A stretch of DNA of 64,000 bases from Octopus vulgaris. Lineage: Eukaryota. Below, piece after piece: positions 13,983 through 26,059 of this stretch. Position numbers and translations under genes: made by a program. Every line of letters starts with the position of its first letter. The first letter of the stretch is position 1. Under the pieces are notes generated by a model. The model saw only the letters and a program-made list of their open reading frames with translations, was not told the DNA's origin and made no database searches. The DNA is taken from NCBI GenBank assembly GCA_951406725.2, contig OX597835.1:33418001-33482000 (forward strand), read 5' to 3'.

Positions 13983-14494
13983 TTGTATCTGTGTGTATGT
14001 GTGTGTTTGTGAGCGCATGTTTGTATCTGTGTGTTTGAGTGCGTTTGTATGTGTGTGCGTGTGTGTATTTGTGCTTGTGTGCGTGCAGAAACACGTGAGC
14101 TCCAAATTCTAACGAAAGGCTTTTGTTTCACTAAACGCCTCAGTGGACCTCCCTTCGCCGGTCTTTAACCTGAAAACAGTCACCTTGACGCACAACGGAA
14201 ATCTCGTAGAAGACCAACCACCGTACTGGAATCTATTGGCTATTCACAGAGGGAATTAATTGTTGTGTTATATAGGTAAGAATCTAAACGCTATTAACCA
14301 TGACATTTAGACAATTCGACTTGTTTGTCTAGTTAGTCTTTCTTTGAATTTTCTTCGCACACCATAAGCGCCATTTCAACGAATTAATCAGTTCGAAAGA
14401 GCTGTTCACTGAATTCATTACAAGGGTTGTAAGCTTCACACATACAGATAAATGCATCGTACACATACATACATAAACATACACACGGGTCAGG

Positions 14495-14574
<80 letters not shown>

Positions 14575-14779
14575 GACGCTTCCTTTCTTCTTACCACTCA
14601 TTGTTTCTGCCTGTCAATCGATCTACACCTTTGGTTCTCCCTCCTCCTCTTTCTTTTTTCTTTCTTTCTCTCTTTTATTCTGCCTGCATGACTGTGCGCA
14701 CATATATGGATGGCGTAGAGCTTAATTAATAACAAGAGCAAAATGAGTAATATATATTTTAACTTATATATATATAGAG

Positions 14780-14814
<35 letters not shown>

Positions 14815-14885
14815 AACAGACAGACAGAGAAAGGTTATGGTGTCTGTGAGACCCAAAGGTGTCAGGTAATGCTGAATAACTGCTA

Positions 14886-15262
14886 TGGAGAGAACATAGT
14901 TCAGTTCCAGATTCGGTGATTATGCGAATAAAGGTTCTAACGTAGGTCATATATCAGTGTGTGTATATAATTTTTTTCCGTAATGAGATAAAAGACCAAG
15001 GTTGTGCAGATTTTAGAACCTTTATAAATAGGTCTTACAGCTGTTTCTAGCATGTATTTATTATATCCCTCCGATGAAGGGATATAATAAATATCCTAGA
15101 AACAGCTATAAGACCTTCTATTTATAAATGTTCTAAAATCTACACAGCCTTGGTTTTCTATCTCATTACGGAAAAAAAATTATATACACACGCTGATATA
15201 TGACCTACGTTAGACCCCTTATTCGCATAATCACCGAGTCTGGAAGTGAACTATGGTCTCCA
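14886..15262. mobile_element. About 375-bp fold-back element centred on a hammerhead-like core
   Basis: About 185-bp diverged inverted arms. The centre reads CCGATGA agggatat aataa atatcct a GAAA cagcta TA agac; the other arm reads GAAA cagctg TA agac. Confidence 0.85.
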
Positions 15263-15275
15263 TATATATATATAA

Positions 15276-15410
15276 GATGCTTGCTGCCCAACCACATAGC
15301 TCTGGGGTCAGTCCCACTGCATGACACCTTGGGCAAGGGTCTTCCTCTATAGTTTCAGGCCGACCAAATCCTTGTGAGTGAATTTGGTAGGAAAAACTCA
15401 ATGCCCGTCG

Positions 15411-15501
<91 letters not shown>

Positions 15502-15545
15502 CTGTGTGTTAGTCAAGCGACTTAAACAAGTATAGGAATAAAAGA
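15276..15545 (+). mobile_element. SINE family A, degraded
   Basis: tcagtcccactgc...ggccgaccaaatccttgtgagtgaatttggtag, then (TA)(TG)n and a tail remnant. Confidence 0.75.
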
Positions 15546-15556
15546 ATATATATATG

Positions 15557-15608
<52 letters not shown>

Positions 15609-15766
15609 TGTGTGAGTGTGTGTGTGTGTATGTGTATTGATAGATTTTATGTACCAGCTTCCAAGAATGAGGTTAATATATGAATTGACATATCCAATAA
15701 CTTTACACCGCTATGGTTAGTGGCTATTTAAGCAATGTGTTCGGAGATGATTAATGGGGTAAATGG

Positions 15767-15812
15767 GTGCTGATGAAGAGGCAACAAAAACCCCGAAATA
15801 TGGCATGTATAA
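15767..15812 (+). ncRNA. Degenerate hammerhead-like motif
   Basis: gtg-CTGATGA-agagg caacaaaaa cccc-GAAA-tatg g catg-TA. Core is present, stems are imperfect. Confidence 0.4.
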
Positions 15813-16269
15813 CTAGTACCGATTTTTTTTATCTTCGATCACATTGTTTGAATTTGACGTCTCGTATACGAAACGTGGTAGCGAAAGTCTCTCCGAGCTA
15901 TAACTGCTATAGAATATCTGTCGAAATAACCATAACAAAATAATATATATAATACATAATAATAATAATAATAATTATAATTAATAATATATATATATAT
16001 ATATATATATACATATGGTTATATAGATATTGATATAGGTCTATAGTTATATAGCGTAGTAGCTCTCGGGTATATTACCAAGTAACTATGCCGTATAAGC
16101 AACAGTAACATTTTAGGAAATTGATGAAGTATCAATCTCTGAATTCTTTGTATTTATTTGAAATATATATGTACTAGGTTTAACTGAAAACAATTACTGG
16201 CGTCGATTTATTCGGCTTAAATTTTTCAAGGCGCTACCCCAACATGGCCGCAAAAAAGATACGAGAAGA

Positions 16270-16370
<101 letters not shown>

Positions 16371-16682
16371 GGATAGATAGATAACTTTCTTTTATTAGCC
16401 ACACAGGGCTCAATACAGAGGGGACAAATACAAATGCAGAGCTTTTCTTTTCGAGGGTGGAAAACAAAGAAAATAAATGTAAGATTGCGATCAAAAGGGA
16501 TCGAGAGGAGGAAAAAAAAGAAAAGAAATCGTGTATCACAGAAATAATGATAAAAACATTGATAAAACAAGATTGGGTTCATCTGTGGGAAGAAAAGCCT
16601 ACAGAAAAGACCACGGGAACCTCAGTCAGAGAGGAAATAACCACATGAGATCAAAATGCTCTCTTTCTTTCTTTTTTACGAT

Positions 16683-18290
16683 CTACAGGATCATGCTCAA
16701 AATGGTTTCGTCACTCGCACGCACCATCTTTGCAACATTCACCCATCTTTTTTTGAATCTTTCGCGAGACAAAACTTCCCTCTCCATTCTCACCTTTCTT
16801 TTCAAGTGGTACTTGAAAAAGTTGATGAGCGATTGGCCAGAGAGGTAAGTGTTTGTCTCTAAACCTTTCGCTCGGGTCCACCACACACATTCTTTCACTA
16901 TGGCCACCAGTACGATGAAAACTGCCTTGCCTTCCCGGTTGAGGAAAGGGGGCGGAGCAATTCCCACGATAGACTCGGCCGATAGGCGGATTCGTCCCAA
17001 ACGTGACAGCAGCCGTTCGGCATAAGCCCACAGGTCTGAAATGGTTGGACATTGCACGAGTGCGTGCAGAACGGTTTCGTCGCTCTGACCGTATCTCGGG
17101 CAAGTCGGTCCAGTGTGTCTGGAACCGTGTCTGTAGAGCTTATCCCGAACAGGTAATGCTTCTCGATAGCACTGCCAGGCCAGGGATCTTTGGTGATTGT
17201 TCATAGGTCCCGGCCCGAAAGTTGTCCTGAACAGGCGGGTCAGGTGTTCCTCGTCGACGCCCAGACTCTGCCCGAGTTCGTCGTCGCACCTCCCCTCCAC
17301 TAATCCTCTATAGAATGCCTTTGTTGTGATGGAGTCGCACAAGTTCGATCCCGGACGGCAGAGTTGCTTGAGAGCAACGCGACACTCGCGGTGCCATTCG
17401 CCTAGCCTCGGTCTCTGCTTGATCCATGACTGTAGTTCGTCCAAGGAGACGAGCTGCGGGAAAGCGCGTCGCACAAAAGGCGAAAACACCTGTTCACCGT
17501 TGTCTATGAAGCGCCGGAGATGTCGCAGTCTCAGCGCATGTCTGCGCATCATCAACCATCGCCTAACTATCGGAACGTTTCCCTTCCACAAGAAGCGGAA
17601 GAGTATACGTTCCAGTTTGGTGATGGTAGGGTCGGGAGCAAGGCACGACGGTCAGACGATACTCGATGACGGATGCGATGTACGCGTTCGCCACTTCCGC
17701 CCGACCTATTAGGGATAGCTTTCTCTCAGCCCATTTCTGGGTGAGAGTAGCCACTCTAGTCGTTATCTCGCCCCAGTTCTTCTCCATTTGGAGGTCCGGA
17801 CCGAACCAGACCCCAAGCAATTTAACCGGTCCGTCCGTCCAGCGTCCCACGATGGAGACGCTGTTGGACGGAATGGGCCTGCTTCTCCAGGTGCCGAGCC
17901 GCAAGCCCACTGATTTTTCCCGGTTAATTTTTGCTCCCGTTACCGCTTCGTATTCTTTTAGTGTCTCGCCGACCAGCTCGATGTGCTCGTAGCTCGACAC
18001 TATGACGGTGACGTCATCCGCGTATGCAGACACGCTCCTCTCGCATCCCAGCTCTCGTGGGATGCCCCTCAGCGTCGCCAGTTTCCGCAGTAGTGGCTCA
18101 AGAGTCAATACATCCCTGACGAACCGAACGCATGATAGATGACCATTTACGCGAACTACTGAGCGGATGCCGCTGTATAAGGCAGCGATCCAACCGCGGA
18201 AAACTGGACCGAAACCAGCCGCTTTAAGGACAGCCTCCAAGTAGTGATGGTCTACCCTATCGAAAGCTTTTGATTAATCCAAATTGATCA
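16683..18290 (-). pseudogene. LINE ORF2 reverse transcriptase and C-terminal zinc finger, disrupted
   Basis: LINLD*SKAFDRVDH, AYADD, GAKINREKS, LLGVWF, LPVRDKL and CPRYG..ETVLHALVQC. The early RT motifs and the QGCPLSP motif are partly deleted. Confidence 0.93.
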
Positions 18291-18518
18291 GCACCCCACC
18301 CCACCCATTGATCTGCGCCCAAATTGATCCAAATTTATCAGCGCATGCATGTAGGCACTAAAGGCCACTCTGCGTTCTGACCCACCACTTGTCCCAAACA
18401 GTTGGGTGAATTGTTGTTGAAAAGCCCCACACATCCTTTTAGGCTCGAGCAATTCGCGCCCCTGTTCATCTATAAGAGACTTGATGGTGGCTCTGTTGCC
18501 TCGTTGCGTCTCCACCAC

Positions 18519-19613
18519 TCAGGCCTCTTGGGCGGCTCCAACTCCTTCGTTCCTCAGAGCACGCATCCTAGCTCTGACAACGCATCCCTCGTGTTTGGCG
18601 TTGAGGTGTTGGTCGAGGGACAATCTTGCCGCCAGCACGTTGGACGCGATGCCAGTTCTAAGTGCCTCTTCTAAAACCTTAACTAATTCTCCCTCTATTC
18701 TATTTCGGTCTAATGCTAGGGCTTTACTGTATCTGACTGATTCTGCTTTAATTGCTTTTTTTAGGGCATACCACCATCTGTTGTTGATGATGGTACCCGT
18801 CAAAGCTCTCTTAACTAATGTGCTGATCCGGTCCCTGTAAACCTGTCGTGCTGTAAAAGACGCGTTCAGTTTCCAGTAACCAGGACCCTGCCTATGTGTC
18901 TTATCTAAGTCAAGTGTACAAGTCACAAACTTGTGATTTGTGTAACTGACTATATGAAATTGTGGACAACCTACACTATTTTTATCTATTGTCCTGCATA
19001 ATACTCTATCTAAGTATGATCTGGACGACCCGATGCGGTTACTCCATGTCCACATTGGCACATTCAGGTGGTCCAGTCGGTACCTGTCAGACAGTTGGAA
19101 ACGTCTGAGCAGGTCTTTGAGGCATTTGCATCCCCTTCTATTGCTATCTCTGCCCACGTAGTCTAGATGCGTGTCCAGGGTGGCATTCCAATCCCCCACT
19201 AAAAGTAAAGGACGAGACGTTCCCATGAAAGACTCTAGACGTCGAAAGAAATCTGGTCGGCCTGTTAAGGACGGAGCATAAACTGCTATCAGTCGAAAAG
19301 CACACTCATTGCTGCCATCGACATACAAAACGACCAGCCTACCCTCCAGGTCTAGGAAAATTGCTCTTACTTTGAGATCCAGACTCTTCCGGAGAAGCAC
19401 CGCGGTTCCACCTCCGCCCATTCTCGGTAGACACGGAGAAAAATAAATGTTGAAATGTGTACCGAAACTGTGCTGGAGTGCCTGCAAGCTGTGGAGTCTG
19501 GTCTCACTGATGGCTATGATATTCAGATTTAGTGACTTGATGTCATTTAACAGGTAGCCTTGTTTCCAAGGCGACCCCAAGCCACGCACATTTATACTGC
19601 CTATTCTGAGCAT
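18519..19613 (-). pseudogene. LINE ORF2 APE-type endonuclease domain
   Basis: SINVRGL, ISETR, AVYAP, VGDWNA, SYLDR, TNHK and PGYWKLN motifs typical of L1/Tx1. Confidence 0.95.
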
Positions 19614-19681
19614 GTTCCGATAAAAAATTGTGTTTTACACACGAAAAGAAAGTGCAAAAAAGAAAAGAGAGAGAGAAAAGG

Positions 19682-21400
19682 TTACTTGTTGTTCGAAAGT
19701 CCTTTGTTTTTTTTCACCTCACAGTCTACTTCCATGAGGTTTTTGTATAGTTTCTTTGATGAATACTTTTGAAATCTCCCTACTGCATCAGGGTAAAGAG
19801 ATTTCAGGGTGCTGTATGTGTTCTGTGTTACGTGTATTATTTTAATGTGTTGTGGTGGTGTTGTGCGTGGGTGGTTACTTGTTTTTATGTCGTTTTCGGT
19901 TATGTTGGTGTTTAGCCTAATGTGTTCCATTAGGTCGTGGTTGTTTGTGTTTATGGCTGTCAACATTGTTGGGGGTTTGATGATGGTGTGTTTGTGTTGA
20001 TGTGTTTGTTTTCTGTGGATGTTTTTGTTTCGGGAGTGGTGAATCTTCCTGCTTTGTTTGTTATCTTTTCTTTTCTTTTTTTTCCCCTTTTTCTTCTCCC
20101 CCCTGTGGCTATTTGCCAATCTTCTGTGTCTTCTTCGTCTAATGACAAATCAGTAGAATCAGAGCTTGGAAGTGGGAAAATATTGGGGTCTATTGTAGAC
20201 TGTGTTGATTTTGTTGTTGGTGTTGGTTGGTGAGCGTTAGGTTGTGGTGTATGCGGTTTTGGAGGTGGGGTGTGGGTATTTTGTGTTTGAGTGATTGTAG
20301 GTATTGTTGTGTTGTTTGGGGTGTCAATTTTGTGGGGATTTGGAGTAGTAATTGTTTCTTCATTTTCGATGAGTGTCTTTTTGGCAGATGTCCTTGGTTT
20401 GGGAGTTGGTTTATTCTTGGTTGTTGTTGGTGGTGGTGTTGCTTCTGTTCTTGGTGCAGTTGGTGTGGTTGTTTGGTTGGTGAGGTTTGTTTTTTGTTGA
20501 TTTTCTGTGATTAGTCCTGTTCGTGCAAAACGTGGTGTGGGTAGTAAAGCTGGTTTATTTGTTTTTTCCGGCTACTGTTGTTGTTGCTGTTGTTTTCTTG
20601 CGGCAGATTTGCAATCTTTTTTTAGGTGTTGCTCACTGCCGCATATGTAGCAACGTGGTATTCTGCCATCGACGACCACATACAACTTGTGGTCTTCTGA
20701 TACACATATCTGGGTGGGTATTTTCTTTATGTCCTCTTGGTTTATATGTAGTAGAAATTCTACTTTTTTCCCACCCAGTTTTTGTGCTCCGTGACCGTAG
20801 TTTCTAAAATTGTGAAATCTTCCATTTTCACACATAAGGCCTTTACTAGCCATAGATTGTTAGCTATTTTTGGGACATTGTTTAAAGTGATCTTAGTCAC
20901 TTTCTGTCCACGATAGCTTGGTGTTAGTTGAAGTTCACCTGAATGAAGAGTTAGCGTTGAGAAACGTCTTGCTAACTCTTCAGTGTGGAAGACCACTTGT
21001 ATGTGTGCGAACTTCTTCCACCAGGTCACATACTCTTTGTAGTTCCAGATGGGTTTCAAGCATTTTTCTATTTTGCTTGTGTTAGCCTTCTCTGGACTTT
21101 TTGTTTTCTTATTAATTATTTTATATATAATTGTCCTTTTTTTCCTCTTCTAATATTTCTTGTGGTATGTTTATTTTTACTATACCATCTACTTCCGTTA
21201 TTAAAATGTTCGTGTCTTTTATTTGTTGTGCAGTAAAATATACTGTTGTCTTTTTTTCCTTTTATCTTGGCGAAATTTGCTGTTGTTTTGTTATTGTTGT
21301 TGCTGGTGGTGATGTTGTTGTTGGCTGCAGTTGGTAAAATCGGTGTATTTGGTTTGATTGTGCAAGTAGGAAGGCATGGAAAATTACTTGCATAGTTCAT
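19682..21400 (-). pseudogene. LINE ORF1 (gag-like), frameshifted
   Basis: RCYICGSEQHLKKDC zinc knuckle (ORF 20572..20853), preceded by KITLNNVP. T/P/K-rich C-terminus in broken frames. Confidence 0.8.
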
Positions 21401-21695
21401 CCCTGTATTCAAGCAGCTTTTGTCAATTTGTTTGGTGGTCACAGTCTTTTGTTTATTCCCTTCAGTTCTTGTTGTTGGAGGAGACAGATAGATAGACAGA
21501 TGTAAAAAATTTTTTAATTGGACATAAACGCAAAACAAAGGAACAACAAAATTTCCAAACAGACGATTCAAGGAAAACAAAGACGGATCTTTTGGAGTTT
21601 TCTTTCCTCAGTCGATTTCCAGATTATCTTTTCAATTTCGGCTGGTTATACTCGAGATTGCTCCAATCAGGCCAGCGCCAAAGAAAAACTCTAAG

Positions 21696-21729
<34 letters not shown>

Positions 21730-21803
21730 GTAGGTAAGTGGAGTTAGTAGTTGGAATAAGAATATCTGTTATTACCGATAAAAATTACCTATGTTAACCC
21801 GTG

Positions 21804-22137
21804 GATACACATATCTGGGTGGGTATTTTCTTTATGTCCTCTTGGTTTATATGTAGTAGAAATTCTACTTTTTTCCCACCCAGTTTTTGTGCTCCGTGAC
21901 CGTAGTTTCTAAAATTGTGAAATCTTCCATTTTCACACATAAGGCCTTTACTAGCCATAGATTGTTAGCTATTTTTGGGACATGTGTGTGAGAGTGAATA
22001 TAAGACCTTGGGACATTTGCACAATCAAACCAAATACACCGATTTTACCAACTGCAGCCAACAACAACATCACCACCAGCAACAACAATAACAAAACAAC
22101 AGCAAATTTCGCCAAGATAAAAGGAAAAAAAAGACAA
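21804..22137. other. Patchwork insertion copied from three nearby templates
   Basis: 21804-21983 = 20699-20878; 21983-22010 = 23049-23076; 22017-22137 = reverse complement of 21246-21365. Confidence 0.9.
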
Positions 22138-22149
22138 GTATACTATGCT

Positions 22150-22325
22150 TGTAGTCGCATTTCATCCGTCTTTACGTTTTGAGTCTAAATTCCACGATGG
22201 TTGATTTTCTTTTCATCGTTTCGGGGTTGATAAAATAGGTACCAGTTTAGCACTGGGGTCGATGTAATAGACTTGGCTCATTCCTCGAAATTGTTAGCCT
22301 TGTTCTAAAATTTTAAACCAATATT
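22150..22325 (+). mobile_element. SINE family B, 5'-truncated, alternative tail
   Basis: tttcatcgtttcggggttgataaaataggtaccagtt...ctggggtcgatgtaat core. Confidence 0.75.
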
Positions 22326-22429
22326 ATCCACTCAGGCACACCTTGTTGGCGTTGAAGAAACCCCCATTTTCAGTGCACTTAACAGTAAGTTGCCTTGGTA
22401 GCCCTACCTCTTCCAGGGCTCGCACACTC

Positions 22430-22565
22430 TCCCTCACAGCTAACTTGTAGTAACCTCTATATATCCACAACTCACTTCACGTAACCTCCATATCTCACAA
22501 CTAGATTGTAGTAATCTCTATATCTCCACAACTAACTTGAAGCAACCTCTATTATCTCCACAACC
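22430..22565. repeat. About 30-bp minisatellite, about 4 copies
   Basis: Repeated ctaacttgtagtaacctctatatctccacaa-like units. Confidence 0.8.
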
Positions 22566-23151
22566 AACCTGTTGGCCTTCTGCTAAGTGACCACTACGAC
22601 ACCAAACATGTTGTAAGTTCTTTATTTCGATTCAGAATTGATCGCCATTTTTCCGAATATCAATTCTCAAACGTGAAAAGCTTCGTTGATCGAGAATCGA
22701 AACCAGATCTTCGATTTGCTTTTGCAGAAATCTAATTCTGATTGTGCAAATCTTATCACAGCGGGAACTAATAATATTATCAGAAATGTAGAAGAGATAA
22801 TAGAGATTTGGTTTAAGGGGGAGAATAAAGAATAGTAGAAATATCTCAATATCTCGAAGATATCTGAACCAAGAGCTAAAATGGTTCAATGAAATAAACA
22901 TACAAACAATAAAAATGGTGGAAATGAAAAATAAACAAACGGAGAATAAAAAGAAAAAAAGAAACCAGCCAATAAATGGAACCGAATTAGATTATAAACT
23001 TGGTACATTCCAGCAGACGTTGTGTGTGAGGGTGCGTGTGTGTGAGTGTGTGTGTGAGAGTGAATATAAGACCTTGTGTGTGGGAGAAGGCAGTGTGTAT
23101 GTATGGGTATATGTATGTGTCAGAGAGAGATAGAGAGAGAGACAGAGACAC

Positions 23152-23199
<48 letters not shown>

Positions 23200-23624
23200 G
23201 TGTATGTGTGTGTGTATCTGTGAGCGTATGTTTGTATCTGTGTGTGTGAAAGAGAGAGACCTAGAGAGAGAGAGAGAAAGAGTGAGAGAAAGTATGTGGG
23301 TACGAGTATGTATGTGAGGGAGAGGGTGTGAGTGTGTGGGAATGTGTGGGAATGTAGGTGAGAGAAAGCAAGAGATGAGAGAGAATAAGCATGTAAGAGC
23401 GAGAGAGAGAGAGTGTGTGTGTGTATGTGTGTGTATTTGTGTATGTGTGTGATTATATCTCCGGTGTAAACTTCAATGTTACGACTTAAAAATGTTTTTG
23501 TATATATTTCTTGGGGGAATCATTCACATTGAAAATTCCGGCTAATCATCGTAAATAATATAAAATAATGAAATAAATACGATTAAAATATACATATACA
23601 TATAAGTATATATATATATATATA

Positions 23625-23710
<86 letters not shown>

Positions 23711-23784
23711 TATATATATAAGTCAATGTTACAATGTGGTGTGAAATTTCTCATTATTAATATTATTACTGCTGAAGTTGTTGG

Positions 23785-23829
<45 letters not shown>

Positions 23830-24351
23830 CATTATTACGCCAGCGGTATAAACAAAGTCTAGAAAAAGCAAGATTGTTTTTGTTTTTTCTTTGTTTTCTT
23901 TTTGCTTTTCTTCTCCTGTTCGATTATGTTATCGCTAGATAAGGTAAGGAGCCTTGACACATAAATTGCCATTTATTTGTGAGTCAAAAAAAAAAAAAAG
24001 AAAGAAAAGTTAAAGAAATATTGAATTACAGAGAGAAAGAAATCTTTGGAATTTCAAATTGTTTACAGAAATATATGGAATTCCTTGACTGAGAGGAAAT
24101 TGTTTTGGAAATCTTGTTTCATTTTTTATGTTTCTTTCAGTTTCAGCTTTGCGGCCATGCTGGGGAATTGCCTTAAACGAGGATTTTTCTACGTCAAACA
24201 AATCGACCCCAGCTTTACGTTGTGTTTTGTGTGGTTTTTTTTGCTATTTTGTTCTGTTTTGTTTATCATTTTTTTAAAGTCTGGTATTTTTCTATCGGTT
24301 ACTTTTATCGAAATGTTAAGTAGCGAGGAACTTATACCAAACAACAACGCT

Positions 24352-24408
<57 letters not shown>

Positions 24409-24949
24409 ATTTCCTTCTCTCTGTGCTTGTGTATCTGTGTGTGTCTGTGGGCTTGTGTGTATGAATGAACCGACGGACTTGCACAGTGTCCGTCTACGAA
24501 ATTCACTCAACAAGCCAACGGTCTGCCCGGGGTTATATTTGATAACGCTTGCCTAGGCTTCTGCACAGTGGATGTGAATCCGAAAACCACGTGCTTGTAA
24601 ATCGAGCAACTTAACAACTCAGTCACGCCTGCATCTATGTAAATATTCTTTTGTTGTATCTCTTCATGGGACCATGTAGGTACTTCCTAACTGGCTCTGG
24701 TAGTTTAAAACCTTATCGAGATATTATCTGTTATTGGCGAAGGCTGAAGGGTTATCACGAACCCTCTTACGTCCTTCGTCAACAAACGTCTGCAGTACAT
24801 CCTCAAAATCAGGTGACCGAATCAAATTTCAGGGAGAACTCTGTGCGATAGAACGAACGAAACTCCCAGCAATCAATAAATTCTAAAAAATTAATAGGGC
24901 TACATCAGGCACACCCTAAGAAGACTGTCAAGCATCATTGCAAACAGAT

Positions 24950-25181
24950 TCTTATTTCTTTATTGCCCACAAGGGGCTAAAGATAGAGGGGACAAACAAG
25001 GACAGACAAGGATATTAAGTCGATTACATCGACCCCAGTGCAAATGTGGTACTTGATTTATCGACCCCGAGAGGATGAAAGTCAAAGACGTCCTCGGCGG
25101 AATTTGAACTAAGAACGTAACGGCAGTCGAAATACGGCTACGCATTTCACCCGGCGTGCTAACGTTTCTGCCAGCTCACCG
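24950..25181 (-). mobile_element. Full SINE family B with 14-bp TSD
   Basis: TSD cattgcaaacagat at 24936-24949 and 25182-25195. Tx1-like tail. Confidence 0.93.
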
Positions 25182-25229
25182 CATTGCAAACAGATCCTGT
25201 TAACCCAACGCTAAAGGTAAAGTTACTTT

Positions 25230-25455
25230 CTCGCGTAAGGGCCGGTTTCCCGGTTTCGACGGCGTATGAGTTCCCCGCCTGGACAGGACGCTGGCCCTTC
25301 GAATGATTATTCATTTCTGACAGCTGAGTGGACTTGGGCAGCTGGAAATGAAATGGTTTGCTCAAGAACACAATGCGATGCTCGGTCTAAGAATCGAAAC
25401 CACAACCTTACGATCATGATTCCAGCACCCTAATCACTAAGCCACGTCCTCCATT
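25230..25455 (-). mobile_element. SINE family C copy
   Basis: Reverse head (gtggcttagtgattagggtg...gtttcgattc) and cagcgtcctgtccagg block. Confidence 0.7.
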
Positions 25456-26059
25456 AACCCGGGACTATAGTAAAAGACATTTGTCTAAGTTACCACGAAG
25501 TGGAACTGAACCTGGAACCATGAAATTGGAAAGTGCGCTTCCTAACCTCACAGTCGTGCATGCAGCATGGCATGATTGGATGGGTTTTTTTTTCCATTTT
25601 CTCGCAGCGAGAACAAGTTAATTTTAATCATATTGCAATTCTATATATTATTAATATCATAACTCACCAAGTTTCCTTTCATTAAACCAGTGATTCTACA
25701 CCGTTTGTTTTTACCTTTCATTGCCATTTTATTCTAGTGGATACTCCCATAGCCATTCCAGGTTTTAAAACCAGTTTTATAGATATGTCTTTCAAAATTC
25801 ATATTTTGTACTTCACACTTTCAATTGCGTAGGTTTGAAATAGCACTCTCTTAAGAGAATATGGAAAAGTCTTAAACTACGCTGCTGGAAACATATTAAA
25901 CTTTGTGAAACATTAAATAAAGAAACCTAGCTGTTTCTTGCAATGACTCCATATTGTTTAGGATGGCTTCATACGCTGACTACTAAGGAGTAATGCGAGA
26001 GGTGTGAATTCTTACATGCATTAATTTAAAATTTTCTTATCTATAAGTGAATTGTATTT

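Larger units (their letters stand above)
16383..21480 (-). mobile_element. Near full-length decayed L1/Tx1-type LINE (about 5.1 kb)
   Basis: ORF1 with CCHC knuckle, ORF2 with APE endonuclease, RT and C-terminal zinc finger, and a 3' UTR with AATAAA abutting (TCTA)n. Confidence 0.93.

Noticed and set aside
22430-22565. About 30-bp periodic repeats as a CRISPR array
   Set aside because: No unique spacers, no cas genes and a eukaryotic context. It is a minisatellite.
24651-24880. ORF YFLTGSG..YRDIICYWRR resembling GPCR helix 8, and a minus-strand acceptor/donor pair
   Set aside because: No NPxxY-like motif or supporting exons. The minus-strand exon has stops in all frames.
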